From: Marsupella aquatica
Lineage: Eukaryota; Plantae; Marchantiophyta
Assembly: GCA_973895155.1 (NCBI GenBank)
Contig: OZ316897.1
Coordinates: 22,233,455-22,297,454, forward strand
Reading direction: 5' to 3'
Length of the DNA stretch: 64,000 nucleotides
Shown here: positions 1 to 13,370 of the stretch, piece by piece
Numbering within the stretch: position 1 is the first letter of the stretch
Layout: each line of letters opens with the position of its first letter
Notes under the pieces: model-generated
Told to the model about the DNA's origin: nothing
Seen by the model: only the letters and a program-made list of their open reading frames with translations
Databases searched by the model: none
Made by a program: the position numbers and the translations under genes

Positions 1-280
1 TTGCGCGAGGATGAGTATGGGGATCAATCTGCGACTCTGCGCCGAACTCGAACAGCACAGCTGCAAGGCCCAGCCCGCTGAGTCCTCTGATGGCGGCTCC
101 GGTGGGCGCCGCTATTCCCTTGCCTAGCGTCTGAGGGTTGCGGAATCCCTTGAAAGTAAAGTCGTCCACGGTCGGGTTGGTGACATTGAAATCGGTGGTG
201 AGGTCGGGGTCACTCGCAAGAACTGTGTGCACCATCAGTGTGAACACCAGCAGTCCCAAAATGAACACAAATTTCGCCAT
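1..280 (-). CDS. Germin-like protein copy 1, exon 1 (partial; continues beyond the window start)
   Basis: ATG at 280; nearly identical to exon 1 of the other copies (signal peptide, SDPDLTTDF, ...IDPHTHPRA germin box). Confidence 0.88.
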   Translation of the reverse strand, partial: MAKFVFILGLLVFTLMVHTVLASDPDLTTDFNVTNPTVDDFTFKGFRNPQTLGKGIAAPTGAAIRGLSGLGLAAVLFEFGAESQIDPHTHPRA

Positions 281-512
281 GGTGTATCGGTAGATTGGAT
301 GCCCACCTGTTGTTCTAATTCCGTTCGCTCCAATGTGATCAGGATTCAATTAACTGCACGTCGTGGATAGTTTCGGCAGGCTAGTAAAGAAGCACTCAGA
401 CTGTACGCAAGTCCGAATGCTTTCAGTGAGGTGTTCACAGACTAGATTTGGGAAGTCTAATACCCAAGTCTAATACCTGGTTCCGGTTGAATCATTTGAA
501 CAAGGACAACGG

Positions 513-520
513 TATTTATA
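513..520 (-). promoter_or_regulatory. Putative TATA box (TATAAATA) of GLP copy 1
   Basis: CCTATAAATACC about 230 bp upstream of the ATG; conserved at 5408-5415, 22247-22254 and 53993-54000 in front of the other intact copies. Confidence 0.6.
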
Positions 521-3500
521 GGAATTGAACGAGTAAATTAGCTGAGGGAATTGGCTGAGTGCAGTTCCTTGTAGAGAAAGGCAAGTCTGTTTGACAAAGT
601 CAACAATTGGAAACACGGTTAGAAGGAAGGCCCGACGGCTCTCCATTAACACTCCTCCCGCCCGGCCGACAGGCCCGGTCTTGTCTGTGCTGGGTCATGA
701 CTTCGTGAACTGACGAGCATGAGGAAGTCGGCTTGGAAGGTCAGGCTGGCTGATCGACCACTTCGGACTTTGTACAACTAACGGCATTACACATTGTACA
801 CTTGGCTGGAACGATATTACTCATGAAGGGGTCCGTGCCTCCTTGGCTTCTGAAGCGAGTACAAAAAATAATTAAGTGGCTAGCAGATCAAATTTACAAG
901 TGAAAGTACATAAACGGAGCCTATTTGCGATACAAATTAAACTGCACGCCGTATATGCATTGTATATCATTACGTACATATATGGAACGTGGGAGTGTTC
1001 ATTGTGCTGTGCATCTATATATGCTGCAGTGAGATGTATTTGATAAAATGGCCCGAGAATAAATAAAGCAGTGGAATAGTTTCATGCTTGTTAGACCCGA
1101 ACGTGGTGCCAAGTGGTGTTGCTGGGACGTTCACAAGGGTCAGTCTACCGTTCTAGTCCTTCTGTACCAAAAGCCTTTGGGAAGATCAGACTTAGTGTGA
1201 TTTGTTCAACTCGTTTTTGTGAATGAGAATTGGGATAGAGACAGGTGGTGAGAAAGACCACCGCTTACCAACAGTCGATAACTCCGAGATAACTCCGAGT
1301 CAGTCACTCATTGACGAAGTTCACTTACGTGTATCAGTCCGATTTCACAATAGAGGCCAGGTCCCTCCGGAAGTGGCTATTTCAGATCAATCAGGGATGC
1401 ACGTACGCTTATCGCGTGAGGCTGGATTGCATAAGCTTAGTCTTTGATCCATGGTTAATGAATAATTGAAGGCGAGTCAAGCTGACTATTTCTTCTTGCG
1501 ATGTCGAATTGCCGCCAACGAACCCGGAGAAAACATTCAATCTCCTACTTCGTTTGAACGAAACGCTATATTGGAACAACCCACAGCAGCAATCTTGACT
1601 AGGATGTTCTAGGCGATGAGTAAGCATACGAACTGACCAACAAATACGAATAATCAGCATACCAGCTGAAACTTTTACTATCAAGCTGTACGTTGGAAGC
1701 TTCAGTTCAATGAAATTATATTTCCTGTCCAGTCTGATATTTCCTGTCCAGTCTGATAATTATATGGGCTTTCAATGTTGGACGTGACAACTTGCATGTA
1801 GTGAGTAAACCGGCAAACCCGAGACACCTCTTGAACTCTCCGCCTTCATAGAACAAGCTAGGTTTCTGGATGTAGATAAGTTTCGGTCCCTTTGACTTCG
1901 TGTAGCAGAAAGTTAATTGCCAATCACATAGCCATGCAATGAAGGAATGACAGAGAAGTTCAGAATCACTGATGCAGTCAGTAGGATGACAAAATTTGGC
2001 AATGTTAGGCTTCTTAGCATTTCAAGCATGAACGGTTTGTTGAGAGATGAGGGAACAATTGATCGAAATTAGTTTCTTACCAACCACATTGCGAGAACTT
2101 CAACAGAAAATTTTTCTGATGTCTTAAACGAGGTCTTAAATATTGGAGGAAATCTCGCAATGTTAAGTTAATTTGAAAATTAGTTCCATAGGCTTATAAT
2201 CATTCCGAGCATGAAAGGTGTCTTCAGAGATGAGAGAGAAATAGAAAATTGTTCTTTGCACTGCAATACTTTCAAAGAAGGAAATTCATAAGTTCTTGAG
2301 CTCAAACTGTAGTACTCGGTTCTTTGTTAGGTTAATACTGACAAGGCATAAACCAGAGCTATAGCTCTAGTTTCGAGAGGCTATCATCCCCCATGTACTT
2401 GAAGCCTACAAGAGTTTTAATTCTTAGCTACTAAATATAGAGAAGTTTTGTATTGTCCCCATCCAAATCAATGTTTGGGAAGATAGTCCTATGACCTCAT
2501 CGTCATGGGCACCAGGTCAAAAATAAAGCTGCTCAGTAAAGTAAAACTCTTTCCCCTATGCTTCAAACTGTTTCCAAATGCAGAGCCTTCACTAGAGTAT
2601 CAGGTCCAATGGCGCAGCCAGGGCAGAGCAAAATGGGTACAGATAGGCCCGATAATTCAAGTGATTTTTCATAAAAGGGCAGCTAACTCTTTCTCTGTGA
2701 CCCAGGGCCACTGTAAAATAAAGGAGTTCTTCTGAGGGCTCTCTGACTTGCATCTTTAGGACTTGATGGACATCAAAGATGTCTTGAAGACTTAACCAGA
2801 CCCTTATCATGGTGAAGCTTTGTAAGTTCTAGAAACACAGTAGCACCACAAATTTGAACTTAGTGGAAGTTGGGTCCTTCTCCGGTACACAGGGCACCAC
2901 GTACTGCTGCAAGTCCGGGTGCAATTAAACCTGCAGAATTTTATTGGGTCACAGAATGAACTCTGTCTATGATGATCATATATTGTTGGGTTGACCTCTG
3001 ATGTTCAAACTCCCTCCTGGCTCGGAAAAGTTGGGACTTCTTGGTCATTTTCAACTGTCAATCTGATGAACTCCAGTAACACTTTTCCACAAACTACAAT
3101 CTACACTTGGCCCCTTACTCTTTCTTTTTTTGCAACCCATGAATTTGGCTCTTGAACGGATTTGACCAGTGAGTCCCAAACCCTGATGGAGTGGATTTTG
3201 TATACATCTCAACTTTGCAATGAAAACTGTGCATCACTTGGGCCGCTGGGCTAGTAGTTAATACTCACTTGTGTAAAGTGGCAGTGAATCACTAAGGTTT
3301 TTCAAAATTAAAAGACGCAAGAGAAAACTTAATGGAGAAGTTAAGACCATCCTGATAGACTGAGCCTCAGAATCATGCAAGACAGTCCACAGTATCACTT
3401 TCACTAAGTCTGTTGTATCTGGTTCTACTCACAAGCTAAGTCTGTTGTATTTGGTTCTACTCACAAGCATGACAGGAAGGCTCCACAAACTAATTTCCAC

Positions 3501-4150
3501 ATCTCATACACATTCAGGCCAAATGTTTAAATTTTCCTAATTAATATATAAAACACTCGTAACAACAAAGGTCTCTAAAATCCGGAGATAGTATAAATTT
3601 GCATGTTTGCAGAGGCAAGAAGCTACACAATAGTAAAGGCGAGAGAACAAAGTAAACTGATCACAGAAAACCAACGAACCAAAAGCTCCATGAGCCAAAA
3701 AGCCCTAAACCAACAAGAACTACAGTCGAGCCCTAAAAAGCTCCAAATTAACAAAAAACAATGTCGGCTAGCTGCAGACTTCTGAGTGCTACATACAACC
3801 AGGCACACTTATTCTAGAATTGGAAGCATTATAGATGCCTCCATATCAAATAATGAAGAAATGCCGTTAGTCTCAGCAGCAGCCTTACATTCATAATTGC
3901 GAAGTACTGCCTGGATTGGGGAATTCAATTCCTGTATCCCTGCTGAGTCTAGCTAAGATGGCATTTTCACAACAAATTTAGGCTTGATACCCAATGCGTG
4001 TACGGGAATTTAGTGCCCCCAAGTTTGAACAAAGTGTATCTACAGAAAGCTTCACTACAAACTATGCGAATCTGCGAATCCGTCTTTAGACGAATGCTCC
4101 AATACAAAAGCCAATTCGTCAATGGTGTAACATCGACCAGATTGCACTGT

Positions 4151-5191
4151 CTACCAGGTTAAGGTGACATTGTTCTTCATCGCAACGGACTGCTTGACCT
4201 TGTCTATTTCCTGGTTGTTGCCATTGATGCCGAAGGCCGTGCTGAGAACATTGTCGGGGAGACCTTTGCCACCGGCGGTGAAGAGAGCTTTGGCAATCAG
4301 GAGCGTTCCGGGGTTCTCACTGGAGAGCGCAGAGAAGCCTGAAGCCGGTGTCTTACCATTATTGCGCTGCCAGTGCAAAGTACCCTTGGGAAACACAAAG
4401 ATGTCGCCCGCCAGCACGGTTGTCTCGAATAGCTCGTTTGCAGTATCGACAAATCCCACGTCAAGTGCCCCTGAAACAAAAATAAACCACAAGAATCACC
4501 ACTTCAGTCTTCGTTATAATTAGTCATCACTGGGAAAAGCGGGGTTCTCAACATGTTTGAGCGTACCGAAGCATAATGTTTTTCTAGCAGGACGGCATCA
4601 GCAGCTTGTCACATCATCTAACGATGCTAATGAAACACAGCTGCACGAAATTAAACGGTAGCTGAGTACGACTACTGACGAGCCTCCGGTCCTTCACCAC
4701 CTCAGAAATGCAGGACTTAATTTGATTACATCAAATGCAGCAAGTAACTTGATATGGTGGATCGATGACAGAAACTGAAAATTCCAATTAAAGGAAATGC
4801 CATTGATTCGGATTCCGGAATAGATTGGCATGCACACGGCTTAGATCCATTACGTGCAGTGTCATAACGAATTTTTCGAAACTGTACCTGTAAGAACGTA
4901 GAACACTTCGGTTGCGCGAGGATGAGTATGGGGATCAATCTGCGACTCTGCGCCGAACTCGAACAGCACAGCTGCAAGGCCGAGCCCGCTGAGTCCTCTG
5001 ATGGCGGCTCCGGTGGGCGCCGCTATTCCCTTGCCTAACGGCTGAGGGTTGCGGAATCCCTTGAAAGTAAAGTCGTCCACGGTCGGGTTGGTGACATTGA
5101 AATCGGTGGTGAGGTCGGGGTCACTCGCAAGAACTGTGTGCACCATCAGTGTGGAAACCAGCAGTCCCAAAATGAACACAAATTTCGCCAT
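4151..5191 (-). CDS. Germin-like protein copy 2 (cupin_1), 207 aa; exons 5191-4888 and 4470-4151
   Basis: Signal peptide MAKFVFILGLLVSTLMVHTVLA; germin boxes PHTHPRATE and GDIFVFPKGTLHWQRNNG; GT-AG intron 4887-4471 joins in frame (VLTG/ALDVGFV); 304+320 nt. Confidence 0.95.
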
Positions 5192-8100
5192 GGTGTATCG
5201 GTAGATTGGATACCCACCTGTTGTTCTAATTCCGTTCGCTCCAATGTGATCAGGATTCAATTAATTGCACGTCGTGGATAGTTTCGGCAGGCTAGTAAAG
5301 AAGCACTCAGACACGCAAGTCCGAATGCTTTCAGTGAGGTGATAACAGGGTAGATTTGGCAAGTCTAATAGCTGGTTCCGGTTGAATCGTTTGAACAAGG
5401 ACAACGGTATTTATAGGAATTGAACAAGGAAATTAGCTGAGCGAATTGGCTGAGTGCAGTTCCTTGTAGAGAAAGGCAAGTCTGTTTGACAAAGTCAACA
5501 ATTGGAAACAAAGGCTAGAAGGAAGGCCCGACGGCTCTCAACCCTCCTCCCGCCCGGCCGACACGCCCGGTCTTGTCTGTGCTGGGTCATGACTTCGTGA
5601 ATTGACGAGCATGAGGACAAAAATTATTGAAGTGGTTAGCAGATCAAATTTATAAGTGAAAAGTGCATAAACGGAGCCTATTTGTGATACAAATCTGCAC
5701 GCCGTATATGGATCGTATATCATTATACATATGAAACGTGGGGGTGTTCATGGTGCTGTGCATCTATATATGCTGTAGTGAGATGTATTTGATAAAATGG
5801 CCCGAGAATAAATAAAGCACTAGAATAGTTCATGCTTGTTAGACCCGAACGTGGTGCCAAGTGGTGTTGCTGGGACGTTCACAGGGATCAGTCTACCGTT
5901 CTAGCCCTTCTGTACCAAAAGCCTTTGGGAAGATCAGACTTAGTGTGATTTGTTCAACTCGCTTTTGTGAATGAGAATTGGGATAGAGACAGGTGGTGAG
6001 AAAGACCACCGCTTGCCAACAGTCGATTATTCCGAGATTACTCCGAGTCAGTCACTCATTGACGAAGTTCAGTTACGTGTATCAGTCAGATTTCACAACA
6101 GAGGCCAGGTCTCTCCGGAAGTAGCTATTTCCGATCAATCAGGGATGCACGTACGCTTATCGCGTGAGGCTGGATTGCATAAGCTTAGTCTTTGATCCAT
6201 GGTTAATGGATAATTGAAGGCGATTCAAGCTGACTATTTCTTCTTGCGATGTCGAATTGCCGCCAACGAACCGGGAGAGAACATCAAATCTCCTACTTCG
6301 GTTTTACGAGAGAAGGAAACCCCACAGCAGCAATCTTCACTTGGATGTTCTAGGCGATGAGGAAGCATACGAACTGACCAACAGATACGAATAATTAGCA
6401 TACCAGCTGAAACTTTTACTAACAAGCTGTACGGTGGAAGATTCAGTTCAATCAAATGATAGTTTCTGTCCAGTCTCGAGGGAAGTTTAAGCCCTGATTA
6501 TATGGGCTTTCAACGTTGGACGTGCCAACTTCCATGTAGTGAGTGAACCGGCAAACCCGAGACAAGCTAGGTTTTTGGATGTAGATAAGTTTCGGTCCCA
6601 TTGACGTCGTGTGGCTGGAAGTTACTTGGCGATCACATATCCAGGCAATGAAGGAATGACATCAGAATCACTGATCTAGTCAGTACGTGACTAAATTTGG
6701 CAATGCTAGGCTTCTTAGCTAGCATTTCAAGCATGAAAGATTTGATTGAAAGATGAGGGAACATTTGAAATTAGTTTCTTAACAACCACATTGCAAGACT
6801 TTCAACGAATTAATAACAGAAAAATTCTGAGATTTGTGATGTCTTAAATATTGGAGTAAATCTGGCAATGTTAAGTTAATTTGAAAATTAGGTCCATAAG
6901 GCTTATAATCCTTCCGAGCACGAAAGGTGTTATCAGAGATGAGAGAGAAATAAAAAATTCGTTGCACTGCCAGAGAATGAAATTCATAAGTTCTTAAGCT
7001 CAAACTGTCAAACTGTAGTACTTGTTTTCTTATTTTAAATATTGACAAGGCATGGTGGGCTATAATAACCCGGAGCTATACTGTAACTCCAGTTTCGAGA
7101 GGCTGTTATTCCCCATGCAGGACAGTAATATACTTAAATATGCCTACAAGAGTTTTAATGCTTAGTAGAAATAGAGAAGTTTTGTATTGTCCCCATCCAA
7201 ATCAATGGTTGAGAAGATAATGCTGCTCACTAAAGTAGACTGTTCCCCTATGCTTCTAACTGTTTCCTAATGCAGAGCCTTCATTAGAGGACAAGGTCCC
7301 AACGGTGCAGCCATTGCAGAGCAAAATGGTTACAGCTAGGCCTGACAATTAAAGTGGTTTTTCATCAATGGGCACTAACTCTTTCTCTTTGACCAAGGGC
7401 CACTTGTAAAATAAAGGAGAACTTTATTAAGAGGGCCCTCTTGCATCTTTAAGACTTGATGGACAACAAAGATGGATTGAATACTTAACCAGACCCTTAT
7501 GATGGTGAAGCTTTGTAAGTTCTATAAACAAAGCCGAGAGAGACATGGCTATGTGGTAGCTCACTTGAATAGTGACTCATAGGTCTTGGTTTCAAAAGTT
7601 TGACTAATCCCTTTCTGTGGAGTTTTACAGATTTCCCATTAAAATTAAAATTTTTTAAATTAAAATTAAAATTCTAGAAACAAAGTAGCAACAAAAATTT
7701 GAACTTCGTGGAAGTTGGGTCGTTCTCCATTACACAGGACACCACTGGTCCCAAACCCTGATGGAGTGTATTTTGTATGCATCTCAACTTTGCATGAAAA
7801 CTGTGCATGCATCACTCGGGCGCTAGACTAGTAGTAAATAATCACTTGAATATGTAAAGTGGCAGTGAATCACTAAAGTTAGTTATTTTAAATTTGTTGC
7901 ATCTTGATCGTCCATGACTGTGCATCTCTCTCAATTACACTTCCCCATCCCCACCTTAATTCCTATCAGTTGTAGGGAGGAAAAGAGGAACATCCCATTC
8001 CAGCCATAGTTCCAGCCCTACCAAAATAAAGCCCTTACATACCCAACTTCCCCTTTCCACTTCTAATTTTAGTAACATATGCATTGAAAAAGTTTGGCAT

Positions 8101-10539
8101 AGCACCTAGTACACAAAACACATTATTTACTCTAAAAATGGTTATTGTCTCATCCTTTATTCCCACCTTTATTGAGTTCATTGATGTTTCACTTTTGCAC
8201 TAACTCACAGTGGTGTCAGCACGTTGCAGGCTGGGGTTGCAAAGTAAGGTGCTATCATTAATTTGCCTCTTACACAGCCTTTTACTCGTTATCCATTCAG
8301 ACAATTAGTTTCGGGTGGATACAAATGAACTGCTTTCATCTAATTGGTTTAATGAGGGTCATGACAAAGTTTCCCTGCCTGCCCCCCCCCCCCCACTCCC
8401 AGTAAAAAATCTCTACCCCCCTGTGAACCTACCCCCCTTGGTACCCCTTGTTATTATTTTTGTAATGTTAAAAATTGACCTTGTTACTTAGAAAAACTAA
8501 CATTTTGGCAATACTTTATACCCTTCAGATAATTAAAAACATAGGTTTGGTATAGTTTATATAAGCTTCATTAGTTACATTTTCTTAGTTCAAAGAATAC
8601 TATTTACCCAAATATACCAAATACTTCCTGCGCTAATGCATGCACTTTATTGATAATACTATTTGAGAATAGCAAGTACTCATATATGTCTATTTGGCAA
8701 CATGATAGAAATAACAAAAATACAATCTCCTCCCTAATAAAGGAAATATAATCGGCTTCCCTAGACTCAAACCCGATGACATCCTAAACCTCCAAAAACC
8801 CTACAACTGAGCATACAACCTTGCATAGAACTTTGGACACAAATCTATAATTGGAGGACCCCAATCTTCTCTCCCCTTTGGATTCAATGGGCAGGGATTA
8901 GCCACAACTTACAAAGGCATACCAAAAGGCATTGATAGACACATGTATCTATATATTAGATGATGCCATGCGTAAAACTAAGATGATGTCACGTGGCATA
9001 GATGATTATATACCCCCTTCCCAAAAACAAATGGGAGCAGAATATCATTTGCCCTTCCTTACTTAGAAAGTGACATTCGCATATAATTGCGGGTTGTTTA
9101 GTTACAAGCAAATTCTAAAAATTATCTCAATATGAATAAAATTGACCAGGGCTTGAATTGTTCTCACGTCCGACCCGTTTTACCTAAGAGTGGAGGCCCA
9201 GGGCAAAGTTTTGGGGAATCCATATTTTCAAAATTGGATAGTAAGTCTCCAAGCTACACAACACCATAAAACATCTCAGCCCAAGTAAAGCTGACACAAC
9301 AGAGTTATTGATGCAACTTAGGATGGTAACATACCCATTTAGCACAGAAACACCACCATGAAAACTTAAAATCACACTCAAACTTAAAATACTGTTAGTT
9401 CAATGTGCACATTGTCATTAATCCTGAACATCTGATCTCACTCATTCATACATCCCAGAAATTTGACAGTTTATTTGTGTGGATAGTGTATCCCTGTGTT
9501 TGTTGCTATGAGCATTTGAAATTTATTGTTCATGTGTCTAACTGTTGTTGGTGGTCTTGAGTCAAACAGACCTGGTGTGTTTGTCAATTGTTGCAAAAAT
9601 ACTGCAAAAAGACAGATCCCTGTTTGTGATGGAAAATGCTGGCATGGCCACACATGGAGCCAGGCCATTTAGAAGGCACTTTTTATGGGGTCCCTCAAGA
9701 AAAAGAAAAGGACCAAAATGGACAAAAGGAAAGGATTGGGAAAGAATTAATGGAGGAGTTAAGCCCATCCTGCTGGACTGAGCCTCAGAATCATGCAAGC
9801 AAATCCACAGTGTCACTTTCACTAAGTCTGTTGTATTTGGTTTATTCACAAGCATTACAGGAAGGCTAGTCTACAAACTAATTTCCACATCTCATACACA
9901 TTCAAGCCAAATCTTTAAATTATCCTAATTAATATGTAAAACACTCGAAAGAACAAAGGTCGCTAAATCCCGAAATAGTATAAATTTGGATGGATGCAGA
10001 GGCAAGAAGTTACATATAATAGTAAAGGGGAGAAAACAAAAATAAACTGATCGCATAAAACCAAGAGCTAAAAGCTCCATGAGCCAAAAGGCCTAAACAA
10101 ACGAACTACAGTTCAGTTGAGCCCTAAAAAGTTCTCCAAATTAACAAACAACAATGTCGACTACCTGTGGACCTCTGAGTGCTACCTACAACCAGGCAGA
10201 CTTATTCTATGAATTGCAAGCATTATAGATGCCTCCATATCAAATAATGAAGACATGCCGTTAGTCTCAGCAGCAGCCTTACCTTTGTAAGTTCGAAGTA
10301 CTGCCTGGATTGGGGAATTCCTGTATCCCAGCTGAGTCTAGCTAAGATGGCATTTTCACAACAAATTTAGGCTTGATACCCAATGCGTGTAAGGGAATGT
10401 AGTGCCCCCAAGTTTGAACAAAGTGTATCTAGAGAAAGCTTCACTACAAACTATGCGAATCTGGGAATTCGCCTGTCGGCCAATGCTCCAAGACAGAATC
10501 CAATTCGTCAATCTCGTAACATCGACCAGATTGCACTGT

Positions 10540-13370
10540 CTACCAGGTTAAGGGTGGGTTCCCACCAAGAGTTATTTTCTAAACTACATTTGTTAAATCA
10601 AAAGTTAACAGGCGCAGGGTTCCCGCCGGCTCAACTGGCTGGCTTAGTTAAAATAGCTAGTTAAAATACATAACTATCCTTAGTTAACGAGTGTTTGTGT
10701 GCGAGTACTTAACCAAAAAGTTAAGTGCCAAGGTTCTTGGCACTTAACTTTTTGGTAACAATTTTCACCCTGTCTCAATGTAACATTCCTTGTTGTGGCG
10801 GGGTGAACCAGCCGGGGAGTGTCGTGCAGGGTAGTGTTCGGGTGGTAGTGTGGAAGAAGGAGCTCCCGGGAGTAAGTAGACGTCTGACATTGTGCTTTTG
10901 AATGAGGATGCTTGTTGAGAATTCGTGTTTTTGCTGTTGTCCCCAGTGAACTGCCAGAAGCTCTTTGCGGCAAAGTACTTAGAACCAGATGACCCTTACC
11001 CGACAGCAGAGATCGGACAGGGGAATTTTTGATAGTTGAACTTAGTTTCTCTCGGTAAGGAGAAGTGGAATTCAGAAAGATCGAGGCATTAGCTGGAAGT
11101 TGATAACTGGAGTTGTGCTCAATTGACTTTGGGACTCGCTCGCCTGCTTGGAATTAAAGACGTATAGCAGCATGGATTCCTCGGCCAATGTGCTTGTAGA
11201 ACAATCTTACAAGCAAGCCACGAGATTCAACTGAGTGTCCTTCTGAGTGTCGTAGCTTTGAACATTGTGTAAGCTTGAAGATATGTACACTATCGAGTAG
11301 AAGCTATTGGTGGCATTGTAAAGGGTAATAGAAGCATGCGCAAAGGAACAGTTTCCCAGAAACATGTCTCCTTGATAGGGGTAGCATAATTGTTATATAA
11401 TAGTGCCAAAATCCTGCAAAATCAATTCAAGTTCTCCACAAGTTCTCAAGTGTCCTCCAGGCCCACCTCTGTACTTTAATGGCAGCACAAAAAGTCATTC
11501 TACTTATAATAATCCAAGCCAATCCGAAGCTACACTCCTTTTTCAACTACGGGAAGGAATATCACCTCCTGTGTTTAAAACCATTCATTGGTACTTTTGA
11601 ATAAGTTTATACAACCGATCAGGCAACCGGCAGGCTTTCAATCTGTTTTGTATTTTAAAATTCTGCTCTGAGTTAGTTTTGTTTATGGAAGTTATCAGCC
11701 GAAGTTTGAATAGAGAAGGAGGGCATTTTTCTTCTCGTAAAGCACTCTGCTGCAATACATTCTATAGAAAGACTACTACGAGAGAACCGGTGAGCTAGAC
11801 ACGGATGACAAGGTCAGTTGTCACTTGTACCTTTAAAGGAGGCAGAGCAGCGAAATCATACATCAACTAGAGGAGGGAAATTGAAACGAGTCGGCGGAAT
11901 ATACCAACTATGACCCTCCAATTGTGCTTTGCCTAGGCAGAGCCTATGAAAGCGGTAGCAGACTCCGGAACGAAAAGCGGCATCAGAGAAGGGCCCTCCC
12001 GGTACTCGCGTGGAACAGAGTAGAGCAGATCAAACACAACGAAAGCAGATCGACGGACTCTAAATTGTCACTAGGTCAGCTGCGCGAGAGCGAATCTGGG
12101 CGCCAATTGTTCACACCATAGGATGCAAACGTCCAATCCACGAAAACCGGAGACCCGGACAGCAAGTTTGGGGACTTCGACCGGCTGGCAGGCAGCATTG
12201 CTGGACCGCAGAGGTCTGAATGAGAGCTCACTTCAACGCCTTGCACCTCCGTTTGCGAGCAACACAGCGCACTCTTTGTCGCTCTGCAATTGAGCTGGAT
12301 TTTTCAATGCCATCAGAGGGGTACCAGTTCTCTCGGAGGTAGTGGAGGGGTACCAAAGGAGGATATGCGGGAGAGTGAGCACTGAGTAATTCGCGAATTT
12401 ACCACACTTTTGACCCTATGTAAAAAGTTTTTGATCTTGAGACTAGTAACCAAGTTAGGTCTTAAAAACCGGTTGGAACCCTTAGTTAATAGTTAACTAT
12501 CAGTATTTCATGATAGTACCTCCTAGTAACTCTAATTATCCCTAACAATGGGTGGGAACCTACCCTAAGGTGACATTGTTCTTCATCGCAACGGACTGCT
12601 TGACCTTGTCTATTTCCTGGTTGTTGCCATTGATGCCGAAGGCCGTGCTGAGAACATTGTCGGGGAGACCTTTGCCACCGGCGGTGAAGAGAGCTTTGGC
12701 AATCAGGAGCGTTCCGGGGTTCTCACTGGAGAGCGCAGAGAAGCCTGAAGCCGGTGTCTTACCATTATTGCGCTGCCAGTGCAAAGTACCCTTGGGAAAC
12801 ACAAAGATGTCGCCCGCCAGCACGGTTGTCTCGAATAGCTCGTTTGCAGTATCGACAAATCCCACGTCAAGTGCCCCTGAATCCAAAATACAACACAAGA
12901 ATAATGTCTTCAATGTTCATTATAATCATCAATGGGAAAAGCAGAATTCTCAACATGTTGGTCGACGTATCGATCTAAGCATAGTTTTTTTCTAGCACGA
13001 TGGCACCAGCAGCTCGCCACATCATGTAACGATTCTAATCAAACATAGCTGCAGGAATTAAACGCTAAGTGCGACTACTGACGAGCCAGCGGTCCTTCAG
13101 CACGTAAGACATTGCAGCATTTTGATTACATCAAATGAATCAAGTAACTTGATATGCTGGATCGATTAAAGGAAAACCCATAGATCCGGATTATGTTGAC
13201 ATGCGCACGGCTTTGATCGATTACGTGCAGTGTCATAACGAATTCTACTGAACTGTACTTGAAAGAACGTAGAACACTTCGGTTGCGCGAGAATGAGTAT
13301 GGGGATCAATTTGCGACTCTGCCCCGAACTCGAACAGCACAGCTGCAAGGCCCAGCCCGCTATTCCCTTG
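10540..13370 (-). pseudogene. Germin-like protein copy 3, pseudogene
   Basis: Exon 2 largely intact (about 12566-12876) but its last codons are separated by a 2-kb insertion (original stop at 10540-10542). Exon 1 has a 34-bp internal deletion and is cut at about 13370, with no ATG or promoter. Confidence 0.88.
10552..12565. mobile_element. Non-autonomous PIF/Harbinger-type DNA transposon, 2014 bp
   Basis: 15-bp TIRs GGGTGGGTTCCCACC / GGGTAGGTTCCCACC (1 mismatch); TAA duplicated at 10549-10551 and 12566-12568; the empty site CCAGGTTAAGGTGAC is seen in GLP copies 2 and 5; no transposase ORF. Confidence 0.88.

Noticed and set aside
1223-1447. 74-aa ORF conserved three times (1223, 5971, 22808), and the 74-aa ORF in both LTRs
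   Set aside because: Conservation is explained by recent duplication of non-coding DNA; no recognisable domain
4164-4523. Antisense ORFs overlapping the GLP, SDR and pol genes
   Set aside because: Shadow frames of genuine coding sequence on the opposite strand
5192-5260. Upstream extension MNPDHIG... of the GLP exon-1 ORFs (also 22031-22099 and 53773-53841)
   Set aside because: Begins at a non-ATG codon; the signal peptide starts at MAKF
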